A program made the position numbers and the translations under genes. The notes under the pieces were generated by a model, which worked only from the letters and a program-made list of their open reading frames with translations, made no database searches and was not told the DNA's origin. DNA of 64,000 nucleotides from Eledone cirrhosa (Eukaryota), in assembly GCA_964016885.1 (NCBI GenBank), contig OZ024746.1, positions 78,802,001-78,866,000 of the forward strand. The letters are read 5' to 3'. Below are positions 14,802 through 27,239 of the stretch, one piece after another. Every line of letters begins with the position of its first letter. Positions within the stretch are counted from its first letter, which is position 1.

Positions 14802-14859
14802 TTACATATATACATTACACACATATAGACCACACACATATATATAAACATATGTACGT

Positions 14860-14901
<42 letters not shown>

Positions 14902-14931
14902 TTTCTATACCTATATACACACACACACAAG

Positions 14932-14976
<45 letters not shown>

Positions 14977-15002
14977 TATATACCTATACACACACACACA
15001 CG

Positions 15003-15122
<120 letters not shown>

Positions 15123-15518
15123 CATATATATATATATATATATGAGTGTGTGTGTGTGTGTATGTATGTATATACATACAGGCGCTCACTGTTTCATATA
15201 ATAAACAGCCATATACCACACATACATACATACAGACGTATACATAAGAATAAAATGCACCTAGTGTACAATTTGGTTTTCCGCTGTATTTGTTGCCACC
15301 ACTTAAACAAAATTTATTCATATCACATAAGCGACATCATATACGTCGTAAGAATACTCGAGAAACAATAGAAAATTATGTGAAAAGGTAGCGTCCAGTC
15401 AGTGTAATCACTGTAACGAGACTAAAATCTCTTGACCTTATCTGCTGCTCCAATCAAATCTATCTTTACGTTGAAAGCTGACAAAGACAGCACCAACATA
15501 GATCGTTAAATAGATAGC

Positions 15519-15539
<21 letters not shown>

Positions 15540-15556
<17 letters not shown>

Positions 15557-15627
15557 TGGGTGGATAGTTAGATAGCTATGTATGTATGTATGTATGTATA
15601 TATGTATGTATGTATGTGTGTATACAC

Positions 15628-15708
<81 letters not shown>

Positions 15709-15787
15709 TGGGTGGATAGTTAGATAGCTATGTATGTATGTATGTATGTATGTATATATGTATGTATGTATGTATGTGTGTATACAC

Positions 15788-15882
<95 letters not shown>

Positions 15883-15905
15883 TGGGTGGATAGTTAGATA
15901 ACTAT
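15540..15905. repeat. Tandem of ~2.5 fold-back units: (GA)n-ATGGGTG...(TATG)n...CACCCAT-(CT)n-(TA)n
   Basis: Each ~150-bp unit begins and ends with reverse-complementary sequence. Confidence 0.8.
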
Positions 15906-15966
15906 GTATGTATGTATGTATGTATGTATGTATGTATGTATGTATGTATGTATGTATGTATGTATG

Positions 15967-16001
<35 letters not shown>

Positions 16002-16193
16002 TTATGTATGTATGTATAGGTCATTGGCTGGGCTAAAAAGCCACATTCGATCGCAGCGCTGTTAGTTGCTATCGTGTGTGTGTATAGGTATGTTTGTGTG
16101 TGTGTGTGTGTATATATATGTATATGTATATCATTATTGTTGTTGTTGTCGTTATTATTATTGTTGTTGTTATTATTATTATTATTGTTATTA

Positions 16194-16225
<32 letters not shown>

Positions 16226-16419
16226 AACAATTAAGTTAAAGAAATTTAATTTCGTTTCGTTATTTGTTTTTATATATATATATATATGCAAAAGTTCTAT
16301 TTAAAGTTGTTGGGATACAACAAGCAAATATTTTTATAACTGATATAAAGCACTCGACAAGTTTTTGGAGTAGATATACGATATTAATAAATGGAAACTA
16401 TATTTATAAAACCATATTT

Positions 16420-16482
16420 ATTTCATTATACATATTTCAGGGATACCACATTAAATTATGGTATGCCTTCATCAGACAAAAT
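16420..16482 (-). ncRNA. Type I hammerhead ribozyme with canonical core, in a PLE-like 3' end that terminates at the (TA)n at ~16288
   Basis: Minus strand ATTTTGT-CTGATGA-AGGcATACCA(10-nt loop)TGGTATcCCT-GAAA-TATGTA-TA/ATGAAAT. 7-bp stem I (2 GU), 9-bp stem II, near-palindromic loop III, AUA site. Confidence 0.8.
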
Positions 16483-16860
16483 ACAATATATAACAGTTTT
16501 ACAAATAGCTTTGACGTACTCTTTTAAAATGCAACCATTACTTTTGGAGGCTGTTACGAAAAGGTCGACAAATAAAATTACCAGTAATATTTAACTGAGC
16601 TGTGAAGTTCAATGACGATATAAACTGCAGTTGGCACAAGAAATGTAATCGTTATCTCCAGCAGTTAAAACGTTTATTTCCACCTCGGCAAACTACCAAG
16701 CTTGCCTGCAAACACTCAACGCCAGTCTACAACTAACAGCTCCCGCCAAACGAGAGTTTCTTCATAATGGCCCTGCTCGAAGTTCGTAAATTTCTGTGGG
16801 TTTTTTTATCTACCCCCCCCCCCTCCAACGTACTGCACATAATACATGACTACACCAATG

Positions 16861-17484
16861 CATGAGTGATGGAAGGCAGGTGGTTGAATTAAGTGCAAGA
16901 ATTGCAGGAGAGCTGGTGCAGTAATGCGCCAGCTTCAGCATCCGAAGAAGAGAGGTAGGTGCTAAACTCTTTAATTCGTTATTCGTGCCAACTCGTACCT
17001 ATGGTCATGAATCTCGGGTAATGACCCAAAGAATACGATCGCGAATACAAGCGGCTGAAATGGAGTTCCTCCGAAATGGTCTTTCGTGAAATGTTCCTCG
17101 ATAGTGTGTGTAGTTCTGAGTTCAGAGAGTCACTCCAAGTAGAGCCGCTACTTCTCTGTATTGAGAGATCGCAGCCCCGATAACTTGGGCATGTCGTTAG
17201 AATGTCTCAGGAAAGAATCTCTGGACAGATTTTTACGACCAAAACCGACCGGAAGGAGACCCAAGGGTAGACCCTGGGCAAGTTAGTTGGATAACATCCA
17301 TGAGCTTGGCTGGTCCCGTTTGGGGATCCAGCCGGATCAGTTGGAGACGGTTGCTTCTGACAGGAGCCGCTGGATGGAGTGTTTGAGGACTCTGCCCCCA
17401 CGTCCCTCTCAGGAATACGTGGGCGAAGAAGAAGAAGAAGAAGAAGAAGAAGAAGAAGAAGAAGAAGAAGAAGAAGAAGAAGAA

Positions 17485-17558
<74 letters not shown>

Positions 17559-17583
17559 AGAAGAAGAAGAAGAAGAAGAAGAT
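16861..17583 (+). mobile_element. 5'-truncated, decayed RTE-clade LINE (Rex3/Expander-like) ending in a (GAA)n tail
   Basis: Frameshifted translation gives FVPT.TYGHES.VMTQRIRSRIQAAEMEFLR...LQVEPLLLCIERSQ...LGHVVRM...PTGRRPKGRP...LGIQPDQLE.VA.DRSRW...LPPRP, the typical RTE RT C-terminus, directly followed by (GAA)n. Confidence 0.9.
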
Positions 17584-19387
17584 ATAACACAGTAGATGTG
17601 TATGTAACACAGTAGATGTGTATATATAACACAGTAGATGTGTGTATATGTAACACAGTAGATGTGTATATATAACACAGTAGATGTGTATGTAACACAG
17701 TAGATGTGTATATATAACACAGTAGATGTGTGTGTATGTAACACAGATGTGTGTGTATGTAGACAGAAGAAGAAGAAGAAGAAGAAGAAGAGAGAAGAAG
17801 AAGAGAAGAAGAAGAAGAAGAAGAAGAAGAGAAGAAGAAGAAGAAGGAAGATGAAGAAGAAAAAGAAGAAGAAGAAGAAGAAGAAGAAGAAGAAGAAGAA
17901 GAAGAAGAAGAAGAAGAAGAAGAAGAAGAAGAAGAAGAAGAAGAAGAAGAAGAAGAAGAAGAAGAAGAAAGAAGAAGAGAAGAAGAAGATATAAACACAT
18001 ATACAAGTGTGCATATATTTATGTATATATCTATATACATACATATATACATACATGTATATATATATATACATCTGTCAGTGTAGCTAGTGCAGCTATA
18101 TATATGTATTAAGATGTGTCTCACAATCTGTAGGAAATTGTGGTTGTATATGGGAATATTGAAAATGTAATTGTGTATTCAAATACACAGATACTACATA
18201 CATACATACTACATACATACTACATACTACATACATACTACATACATACTACATACTACATACATACTACATACTACATACATACATACTACATACATAC
18301 TACATACATACTACATACAACAATACATACAACATACATACTACATACTACATACATACTACATACATACTACATACTACATACATACATACTACATACA
18401 TACTACATACATACACTACTACATACATACAACATACATACTACATACTACATACATACATACTACATACATACTACATACATACTACATACTACATACA
18501 TACTACATACATACTACATACTACATACATACTACATACATACTACATACTACATACATACATACTACATACATACTACATACATACTACATACATACTA
18601 CATACTACATACATACTACATACATACTACATACTACATACATACATACTACATACATACTACATACATACTACATACTACATACATACATACTACATAC
18701 ATACTACATACATACTACATACTACATACATACATACTACATACATACTACATACATACTACATACTACATACATACTACATACATACTACATACTACAT
18801 ACATACTACATACATACTACATACTACATACATACATACTACATACATACTACATACATACTACATACTACATACATACATACATACACATACTACATAC
18901 ATACTACATGCATACATACTACATACATACTACATACATACTACATACATACTACATACATACTACATACATACATACTACATACATACTACATACATAC
19001 TACATACATACTACATACATACTACATACATACATACATACTACATACTACATACATACTACATACATACTACATACATACTACATACATACATACTACA
19101 TACATACTACATACATACTACATACATACTACATACATACATACTACATACATACATACTACATACATACTACATACATACTACATACATACATACTACA
19201 TACATACATACTACATACATACTACATACATACTACATACATACTACATACATACATACATACTACATACATACTACATACATACATACTACATACATAC
19301 TACATACATACTACATACATACATACTACATACATACTACATACATACTACATACATACTACATACAATACTACATACATACATACC
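17584..19387. repeat. ~24-bp TAACACAGTAGATGTGTA tandem, second (GAA)n, and long (TACA/TAC)n compound satellite
   Basis: Direct reading. Confidence 0.9.
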
Positions 19388-20360
19388 TGTGTACAATGAG
19401 CGTGTATGAGTATGTGTTTCTTTGTGTGTATGTGTGTGTGTGTGTGTGTTTGCGTGCGTATGCATGCTGAACTGTAATGCGTGTAATATTCATTGTGTAT
19501 AAATCTGTGTTCGTATATACATGTATTTATTTGTAAGAATATGGCCGCGTGAGCTTTGCTGTTTGTTCATGTATTAGAGAGCCTCAGTGTGTATCACGTA
19601 ATGATATTGTCTGGATATGTGTGTAGCTGGATGTGTATGGGTATATGTGTGTACATGTGTGTTTCACATATGTTTGCATATTTACTTAGACCAGGAATGC
19701 AAATATTAAAAGCTGGGTTCATTCTCGACAGCACACAGGCTCTTAACAATGGCAACAGTAGCCATGGCATTTATAATCAAATACAAGCAAAGCCACAACA
19801 ACAACTGCAACGACAATACCAACAGCAATGAATCTAGCGGCGACCACAGCAATAATAACAAACGCAGCATTGTACAGAAATTGTGCAGACGATATAAAGA
19901 ATTTCTAAGCAAATCTCTTCAAATCTCAATGCAAATATGTTTAAAACTCTTTGCAAAAAGAGTTCAGATGTTGATAAGGGAGATAATTATTTACTGACAC
20001 TAATGCTATAGTCATAGACTCTCTTATAATTGATGTGTACGTCTACGTACTACATGTGAGTATGTGTGTGCGTCTGTGTATGTGTATTATATTTTACATT
20101 GGTTTCTGTATATATTGTTTTACTGATTTAGGTCATTGGACTGCAGCCATGCTGGGGCAGTGCCTTCAAGAGTTTAGTTAAACAAATCACCCGTCTCCAC
20201 ACACTTATTTCAGTCTATTGCATATTTTATCGATTGTTGTTTGTCAAACTACTGTGTTACGTGGATTAAAGGAACACAGCATATATGACACCAGTATTTA
20301 AACCAATGTAACCATAAACGCTAACACCCATAAAGACTCACACGCACACACACACATACA

Positions 20361-20506
20361 CGTGTGCCTTTTAACGGAAGAGAACTCAATACATAGGTAG
20401 AATATGTATGGAATCTACGATGCCTTAGATCTGTTTCGTATCTGAATCTCCACTGAGAGGGAATTGATCAGTACCTGTGTGACATAGTACCTTCTATACC
20501 TTCAAT
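20361..20506 (-). mobile_element. Probable PLE 3'-terminal fragment with degenerate hammerhead and tail motif
   Basis: Minus strand TTGAAG-GTAT...ATAC-GAAA-C(A)GAT-loop-ATCG-TA, then GTATTGAGTTC (20382-92); starts at (TA)n. Confidence 0.45.
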
Positions 20507-20703
20507 ATATATATATATATATTTATTTATTTATTTATTTATATTTTTAACTGTTGGTCAATCAATGCTAAACATTGATTGCCAGCTAAATTAACTATAG
20601 GGATATAAAATTTACAGAAGCGAAAACCAACCTAAACCAAACAGTGAGTGTGTTTTATTATATATTTCTGGCAATATTATAACAATATGACCTTCCCAAA
20701 TAT

Positions 20704-20779
<76 letters not shown>

Positions 20780-20823
20780 ATACTCATATTTTTCAATTTC
20801 TTAGAGGGTTCTAAACCCCACTA

Positions 20824-20899
20824 TCAGGCTAAAATTTCTTTAGTCAAAAATACGGTGAAAGCTTCTATTTCTAATTTCAAACACGCTCGCTGTTTCAAA
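20824..20899. repeat. Dispersed (TA)n-associated repeat, second copy inverted at ~52452-52528
   Basis: GGCTAAAATTTCTTTAGTCAAAAATACGGTGAAAGCTTCTA.TTTCTAATTTCAAAC matches the reverse complement of 52452-52528. Confidence 0.7.
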
Positions 20900-21501
20900 T
20901 ATATATATATAGGATAATAAGTTATCGTTAGAGGTTGTGGGGGTACTCTGTACTGTGAATAGTTTTAACGTACGTTGTTTGACTCAATAAGAAGTTTCCT
21001 TGGTTAGGTGGCGTGTTTATGAGAATACCTATGCATGTGATTCTTGGAGTATTAATAGTGATAGGGAAGAATAACATGGTTAGCTGTACATATGTATACA
21101 TATGTGTAAATATGAGAATAAACTTGCTGCGTGGTTGCAAATGGGTTACATATGAATAAAGTGGTCCTTCATCAGTGATCTTCCAACCATCACAGGTATA
21201 CTTCGCTTTAAATATAAGTATGTATACGTACATACATATATGTATACAGACATACAGTAGTATGTATATATATATACATACATGCACACATATATATATG
21301 TACGTATGGATTTACCGAACATTTATAAGTAACAGCCGTACTAAGAGTGAGAAATGAAATTTCGTTTCATTTTTTTCCGCTTATCGTTTTCGGTACGCCC
21401 GCCGATTAACTCACTCGATATGCAAATTAGGCTGCTCAGCCGTTAATATGCATAAGGAAAGTATATACTTTCAGACGTTCAATCATCTGGCAGGAAGGTA
21501 T

Positions 21502-21544
21502 ACGTTGCTGATGATAGCTAATAAGCTTGAAACTAGTACATCGT
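21502..21544 (+). ncRNA. Minimal type I hammerhead ribozyme with canonical core
   Basis: ACGTTG-CTGATGA(21508-14)-TAGC-taataa-GCTT-GAAA(21529-32)-CTAG-TA/CATCGT. Stem I 5 of 6 bp, palindromic CTAG loop III, GUA site. Confidence 0.8.
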
Positions 21545-21807
21545 TCCTTTATCAGTGTTGAACAAAAGGGCAACGATGGTTGCTAGACACTGTACGGCTT
21601 AATTCGGGATGTTTGTTTACAAACAAACCGAGCATTATAATAAATGTTCTGTAAATTCATACGTACATATATATATGTGTGTGCATGTATATATATATAT
21701 ACATACTACTGTACGTTTGTATACATATAAGTATGTACGTGTACATACTTATATTTAAGTAACAGCCGTACTAAGAGTGAGAAATGAAATTTCGTTTCAT
21801 TTTTTCC

Positions 21808-21890
<83 letters not shown>

Positions 21891-21891
<1 letters not shown>

Positions 21892-22077
21892 GGAACAAGT
21901 ATGACTCCGACGACAGAGCTCAAGACGTTTCGATGGCTAATTCCAGAATTAGCCGTCGAAACGGCTTGAGCTCTGCCGTCGGGGTCATACTTGTTCCTAT
22001 TACCCATTCTACTACCCTAAGTATTGAGTACTTTTGGTGCGTTATGGTCATTCTGGTTCCTTACCACAATTCCTTCG

Positions 22078-22080
<3 letters not shown>
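21891..22080. mobile_element. Family A palindromic PLE-terminal element in (TA)n
   Basis: Short inverted arm (AGGAACAAGTATGAC...GGCTAATT) then long plus arm ending TATTGAGTAC...CCTTCGTTA-(TA)n. Confidence 0.85.
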
Positions 22081-22137
<57 letters not shown>

Positions 22138-22218
22138 ATTAATAATAAATTGAAGACTAAAATCCAAAGAGGGCTCGATAAGGATAAATATATATCTGAT
22201 ATATAAGAACCGTAGAGC

Positions 22219-22269
22219 AGTTTCAGAAGATCCCGTTAAGGGTGAAAGCAGCGATTCTTTGCTTAAACT
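22219..22269 (+). ncRNA. Type I hammerhead-like motif, family F (core CAGAAGA, CUU site)
   Basis: AGTTT-CAGAAGA-TCCC-gttaa-GGGT-GAAA-GCA-loop-TGC-TT/AAACT. All three stems pair; one core substitution (U4 to A). Confidence 0.65.
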
Positions 22270-22293
22270 TTAATCTGTTATTTTAATATATAT

Positions 22294-22347
<54 letters not shown>

Positions 22348-22351
22348 TATA

Positions 22352-22395
<44 letters not shown>

Positions 22396-22722
22396 TGTAT
22401 ATATATACATAAGCAGTGTGTGATAAATCATGTTAAAAGCAGCCAAATACAAAGATTGTATGGTTGTCATCTTAAGCCGGACTATTTAAAGACAGACTGT
22501 ACAATCAAACGTTACAGCTGAAACGACAAACTTATACGCCGACACCCTGTAAACCTGCTCCATGTTTGCATAACTCTTCACTTCATTCCCGTATCTATGT
22601 ATTGTTTAGTTTCCTCCATCTTACTATTTTTCTCGTCTGTTTCCTTTTCTCTCCTACTTCCCTTTTCCTATTTATGTCCACACACACACACACACATACA
22701 CACATATATATATACACACACG

Positions 22723-22832
<110 letters not shown>

Positions 22833-23334
22833 CATATATATATTCCTTTTGTCTTTCTCTCTCTTATCTCTCCTACTCTCCTTTATTTCTCCCTCACTCC
22901 CTTCATTATCTTTCTCTCACCCTTCCTCTCTCACAGCTCTATGTCTTGCTCTCACTGAATGCTTTTTTCTTTTCAGTTAAACATATCGCTTGTTTCGTTT
23001 AATTGATAATGTTTTTCAACACCAATTAACTTTCCTCTTTATATACATTTCGTACAGACGTTTGATGCCTCTCACTTGAAAAATAATTCTTCTCTCTATT
23101 TATTCATCACCTTCTCTCCTGACAAAAGGGACGATAACAAAAAAAAAAAAATCTATTTTTGGGTGTCATAAATTTCGTGCACTGTTTACGACCTAGCCAC
23201 TCAGTTCCAGAATGTTGAAGTGGCACTATATCATTGACCAGGTCGCAAATAGTCCAACGAAAATTCTGACATCAAGAAATATATGATAAATGTGAACTGC
23301 ATTAAACTGTTTTCAGTGTATTTTTTAAATAGCC

Positions 23335-25168
23335 AAAACGACTCTTTCACAGTGAATTGCTTTAGTTTCAACATACAGATCAAGTTATTTGTTAGATAAG
23401 TACCACTCTGGCTAAAATAACTTTTCTACAATGTAATTGCTTTGGTCTCAACACAGTCTCAGATCAAGTCACTTGCTAGATAAGTACATCTGTGACTAAA
23501 CTGACTCTTCCATGATGTAATTGCTATGGTCTCAACACAGTCTCAGATCAAGTCACTTGCTAGATAAGTACATCTGTGACTAAACTGACTCTTCTATGAT
23601 GTAATTGCTTTGGTCTCAACACAGTCTCAGATCAAGTCACTTGCTAGATAAGTACATCTGTGACTAAACTGACTCTTCTATGATGTAATTGCTATGGTGT
23701 CAACACAGTCTCAGATCAAGTCACTTGCTAGATAAGTACATCTGTGACTAAACTGACTCTTCTATGATGTAATTGCTTTGGTCTCAACACAGTCTCACAT
23801 CAAACCACTTGCTAGATAAGCACATCTGTGACTAAACTGACTCTTACATGATGTAATTTCTTTGGTCTCAACACAGTCTCAGATCAAGTCACTTGCTAAA
23901 TAAGTACATCTGTGACTAAACTGACTCTTCCATGATGTAATTTCTTTGGTCTCAACACAGTCTCAGATCAAGTCACTTGCTAAATAAGTACATCTGTGAC
24001 TAAACTGACTCTTCCATGATGTAATTTCTTTGGTCTCAACACATTCTCAGATCAAGTCACTTGCTAAATAAGTACATCTGTGACTAAACTGACTCATCCA
24101 TGATGTAATTGCTATGGTCTCAACACATTCTCAGATCAAGTCACTTGCTAGATAAGTACATCTGTGACTAGACTGACTCTTCCATGATGTAATTGCTATG
24201 GTCTCAACACAGTCTCAGATCAAGTCACTTGCTAGATAAGTACATCTGTGACTAAACTGACTCATCCATGATGTAATTGCTATGGTCTCAACACAGTCTC
24301 AGATCAAGTCACTTGCTAGATAAGTACATCTGTGACTAGACTGACTCTTCCATGGTGTAATTGCTATGGTCTCAACACAGTCTCAGATCAAGTCACTTGC
24401 TAGATAAGTACATCTGTGACTAGACTGACTCTTCCATGATGTAATTGCTATGGTCTCAACACAGTCTCAGATCAAGTCACTTGCTAGATAAGTACATCTG
24501 TGACTAAACTGACTCTTCCATGATGTAATTGCTATGGTCTCAACACAGTCTCAGATCAAGTCACTTGCTAGATAAGTACATCTGTGACTAAACTGACTCT
24601 TCTATGATGTAATTGCTTTGGTCTCAACACAGTCTCACATCTAACCACTTGCTAGATAAGCACATCTGTGACTAAACTGACTCTTCCATGATGTAATTGC
24701 TATGGTCTCAACACAGTCTCAGATCAAGTCACTTGCTAGATAAGTACATCCGTGACTAAACTAACTGTTCTATGATGTAATTGCTATGGTGTCAACACAG
24801 TCTCAGATCAAGTCACTTGCTAGATAAGTACATCTGTGACTAAACTGACTCTTCCATGATGTAATTGCTTTGGTCTCAACACAGTCTCACATCTAACCAC
24901 TTGCTAGATAAGCACATCTGTGACTAAACTGACTCTTCCATGATGTAATTGCTATGGTCTCAACACAGTCTCAGATCAAGTCACTTGCTAGATAAGTACA
25001 TCTGTGACTAAACTGACTCTTCCATGATCTAATTGCTTTGGTCTCAACACAGTCTCAGATCAAGTCACTTGCTAGATAAGTACATCTGTGACTAAAATGA
25101 TTCTTTCACAATATAATTGCTTTAGTTTAAACACGGACTCAGATAAAGTCACTTGCCAGACGAGTACA
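23335..25168. repeat. 84-bp tandem satellite, about 21 copies
   Basis: AGATCAAGTC recurs at 23461 and 23545 (84 nt) and onward. Homogeneous interior, diverged terminal units. Confidence 0.95.
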
Positions 25169-25998
25169 ACACGAGATTCAGTCAGGCTACCAAAACTTTG
25201 AGGGACATTGTTGCATGTTTCTTGAAGAAGATAAGATAAGAACCATGCAACAACTTCTTTAAACTGAAAATTTATACAAAAAAAAAATCTATTTTGCCAT
25301 AATCCATTTAGCTATGGTCAAACTAAATAATTTTAAGGTTGGCATAAGACCAGCAATTGAGCGGTAGCGAGGCGATTCTATCTACCCCAGTACTTAACTG
25401 GTACTTTATTTTATCGATTCATTTCACGTTGTTCTAGTATACACAGCTGAAAACGAGTACAAGCATTAGCTGGGGGATTAACCCTGCGATGGACTGGCAT
25501 CATGATTAAGGGAGATTATTATACTCTTAGTTGCTTAACGCCTGGAAAACTGGGATAAGCTCGAGATAGACTTTTAGTCCACTATAAACCTCTAAGAACA
25601 ACAGCAACACTGTAAAACAAAGGTAACTATTTGTTTAGCCTCAGGTCAGTTGTAACGGAGTAGATATATGATCAAAAACATTCCAATTATTATCATCCCG
25701 TCTTTTTATCTACCTCAGGTACAGTGCACTCGTAGGCTATATTATCCTAAGACTCCGTACCCTGGTTTCGAATCTTGTCTTAGAAAACTTCGCATATATA
25801 TATATATGTAGATAAATCTACCAAAATATACGGTAGTGTCCAATTCGTATGAAGAACTCAATGTAATCGAAATATCATGAAAAGAGAAGATGCATTCAAA
25901 AATTTTCGATGAAAATCATAGGAAAAACAGAGTCAAGATAGATTAATAAAAACAATGAAATAAAAACAAAGAACAAGTTCTTTATATTAAAAAATTCA

Positions 25999-26120
25999 TC
26001 AATTTACGATCGTTTCTGGGATGTATATGTGTGTTGGTATGTATATCATATGTAAAAATATTACAAATTATCAGAGGAAATATACATACCTTCACATATA
26101 CATGCTGTCTTCAGAAATGA
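25999..26120 (-). ncRNA. Family B hammerhead motif, minus-strand copy
   Basis: TCATTT-CTGAAGA-(long stem II)-GAAA-CGATCG-TA/AATTGA. Confidence 0.65.
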
Positions 26121-26251
26121 TCATTTCTGAAGACCGCATGTATATGTGAAGGTATGTATATTTCCTCTGATAATTTGTAATATTTTTACATAGATCTATA
26201 TGATATACATACCAACACACATATACATCCCAGAAACGATCGTAAAATGAT
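26120..26251 (+). ncRNA. Family B hammerhead motif with 99-nt stem II
   Basis: ATCATTT-CTGAAGA(26127-33)-...-GAAA(26233-36)-CGATCG-TA/AAATGAT. 7-bp stem I, palindromic loop III, GUA site. Stem II contains ATGTATATGTG/CACATATACAT and GGTATGTATAT/ATATACATACC, but its basal 4 nt pair poorly. Confidence 0.7.
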
Positions 26252-26308
26252 GAATTTTTTAATATAAAGAACTTGTTCTTTGTTTTTATTTCATTGTTTT
26301 TATTAATT

Positions 26309-26344
<36 letters not shown>

Positions 26345-26345
26345 T

Positions 26346-26844
26346 CACTCTTATTCGATATGTGTATTTCCACATTCCCTCGAATTGTTTTCGCGGATAT
26401 AGAGGTTATCTCCCTTGTCTAATGCCATGTGCGTTTTTCACTGGTAGTTAGCCCCTCTACCGCCAGGAAAAAAGCTCGTTGAGAAAGTAAACTCCGTTCC
26501 GCTTACTCTAGTAGGCTTTTATATTTATATGTGAGCTGATAGAGTACAGTCTAAGGATTTACAGAAACCCATGAAGCTAGATTTAACACCTGTCTAGTGG
26601 GTCCGGGTATGATTTTACATTCATTAAATTATTGACGTATTGTTTTATTGATATTTTTTATCTGTTTGTCCCGAATCTTCTATTATCGATTTTTTATCGT
26701 ATGGTTGATTGTAGACTTGTTCTATATGTGACGGTATTTTAACGATAGTTATAGCTCTGATTCATCTGAATTATTGAGCCCTCTGCCGCTCATTTCGAAT
26801 TTTGTTTATCGTGAACTCGTGCGCCGATTTTTCGATACTCGATC

Positions 26845-26850
<6 letters not shown>
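26346..26850 (+). mobile_element. Possible PLE 3' end with a non-canonical hammerhead-like motif (26529-26620)
   Basis: TA-flanked island. CTGATAGA-GTA.AGTC-taag-GATT.TAC-a-GAAA-CCC...GGG-TA; TATTGAGCCC at 26772, ~70 nt before (TA)n. Stem I is offset. Confidence 0.4.
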
Positions 26851-26889
<39 letters not shown>

Positions 26890-26892
<3 letters not shown>

Positions 26893-27023
26893 CGAAGGAA
26901 TTGTGGTAAGGAACCAGATGGACCATAACGCACCAGAGTACTCAATACTTAGGGTAGTAGAGTGGGAAATAGGAAAAAGTATGACCCCGACAGCAGAGCT
27001 CAAGCCGTTTCGACGGCTATTTC
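26890..27023 (-). mobile_element. Family A element, long arm only
   Basis: Matches 7132-7265; flanked by TA on both sides. Confidence 0.85.
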
Positions 27024-27239
27024 TATATATATGCGTAGATTTGTGTCTGCGTGTGTGTATGTGTGTGTATTTATGTGAGTTTGTGGTGGTGATAATAGTG
27101 GTAGTAATGATGGCAGTGATAGTGGTGGTGGTGGTGGAGTAGGGTGAGGGGGGGGTGATAGTAGTGGTGATGAAGGCAACGTTTGGTATTATTGGCATTG
27201 GTGTCATTTTATTGCAAATTTTGTTGTTTCTGATGATTT

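Larger units (their letters stand above)
25809..26307. mobile_element. Family B PLE-terminal element: ~180-bp head-to-head palindrome plus tail, in (TA)n
   Basis: Arms ~25942-26120 and 26121-26307 are reverse complements with zero spacer (ATGA|TCAT). The left arm continues on minus through ACATTGAGTTC (25854-64) to (TA)n. Confidence 0.85.

Noticed and set aside
20975-21180. Minus-strand CTGATGA with distant GAAA-CTT...GAG-TC
   Set aside because: Stem I and the base of stem II do not pair over a ~165-nt gap. The island may still be a decayed PLE end.
23335-25168. CRISPR-like or C2H2 zinc-finger array
   Set aside because: No unique spacers, eukaryotic context, stops in the units and no CxxC...HxxxH pattern.
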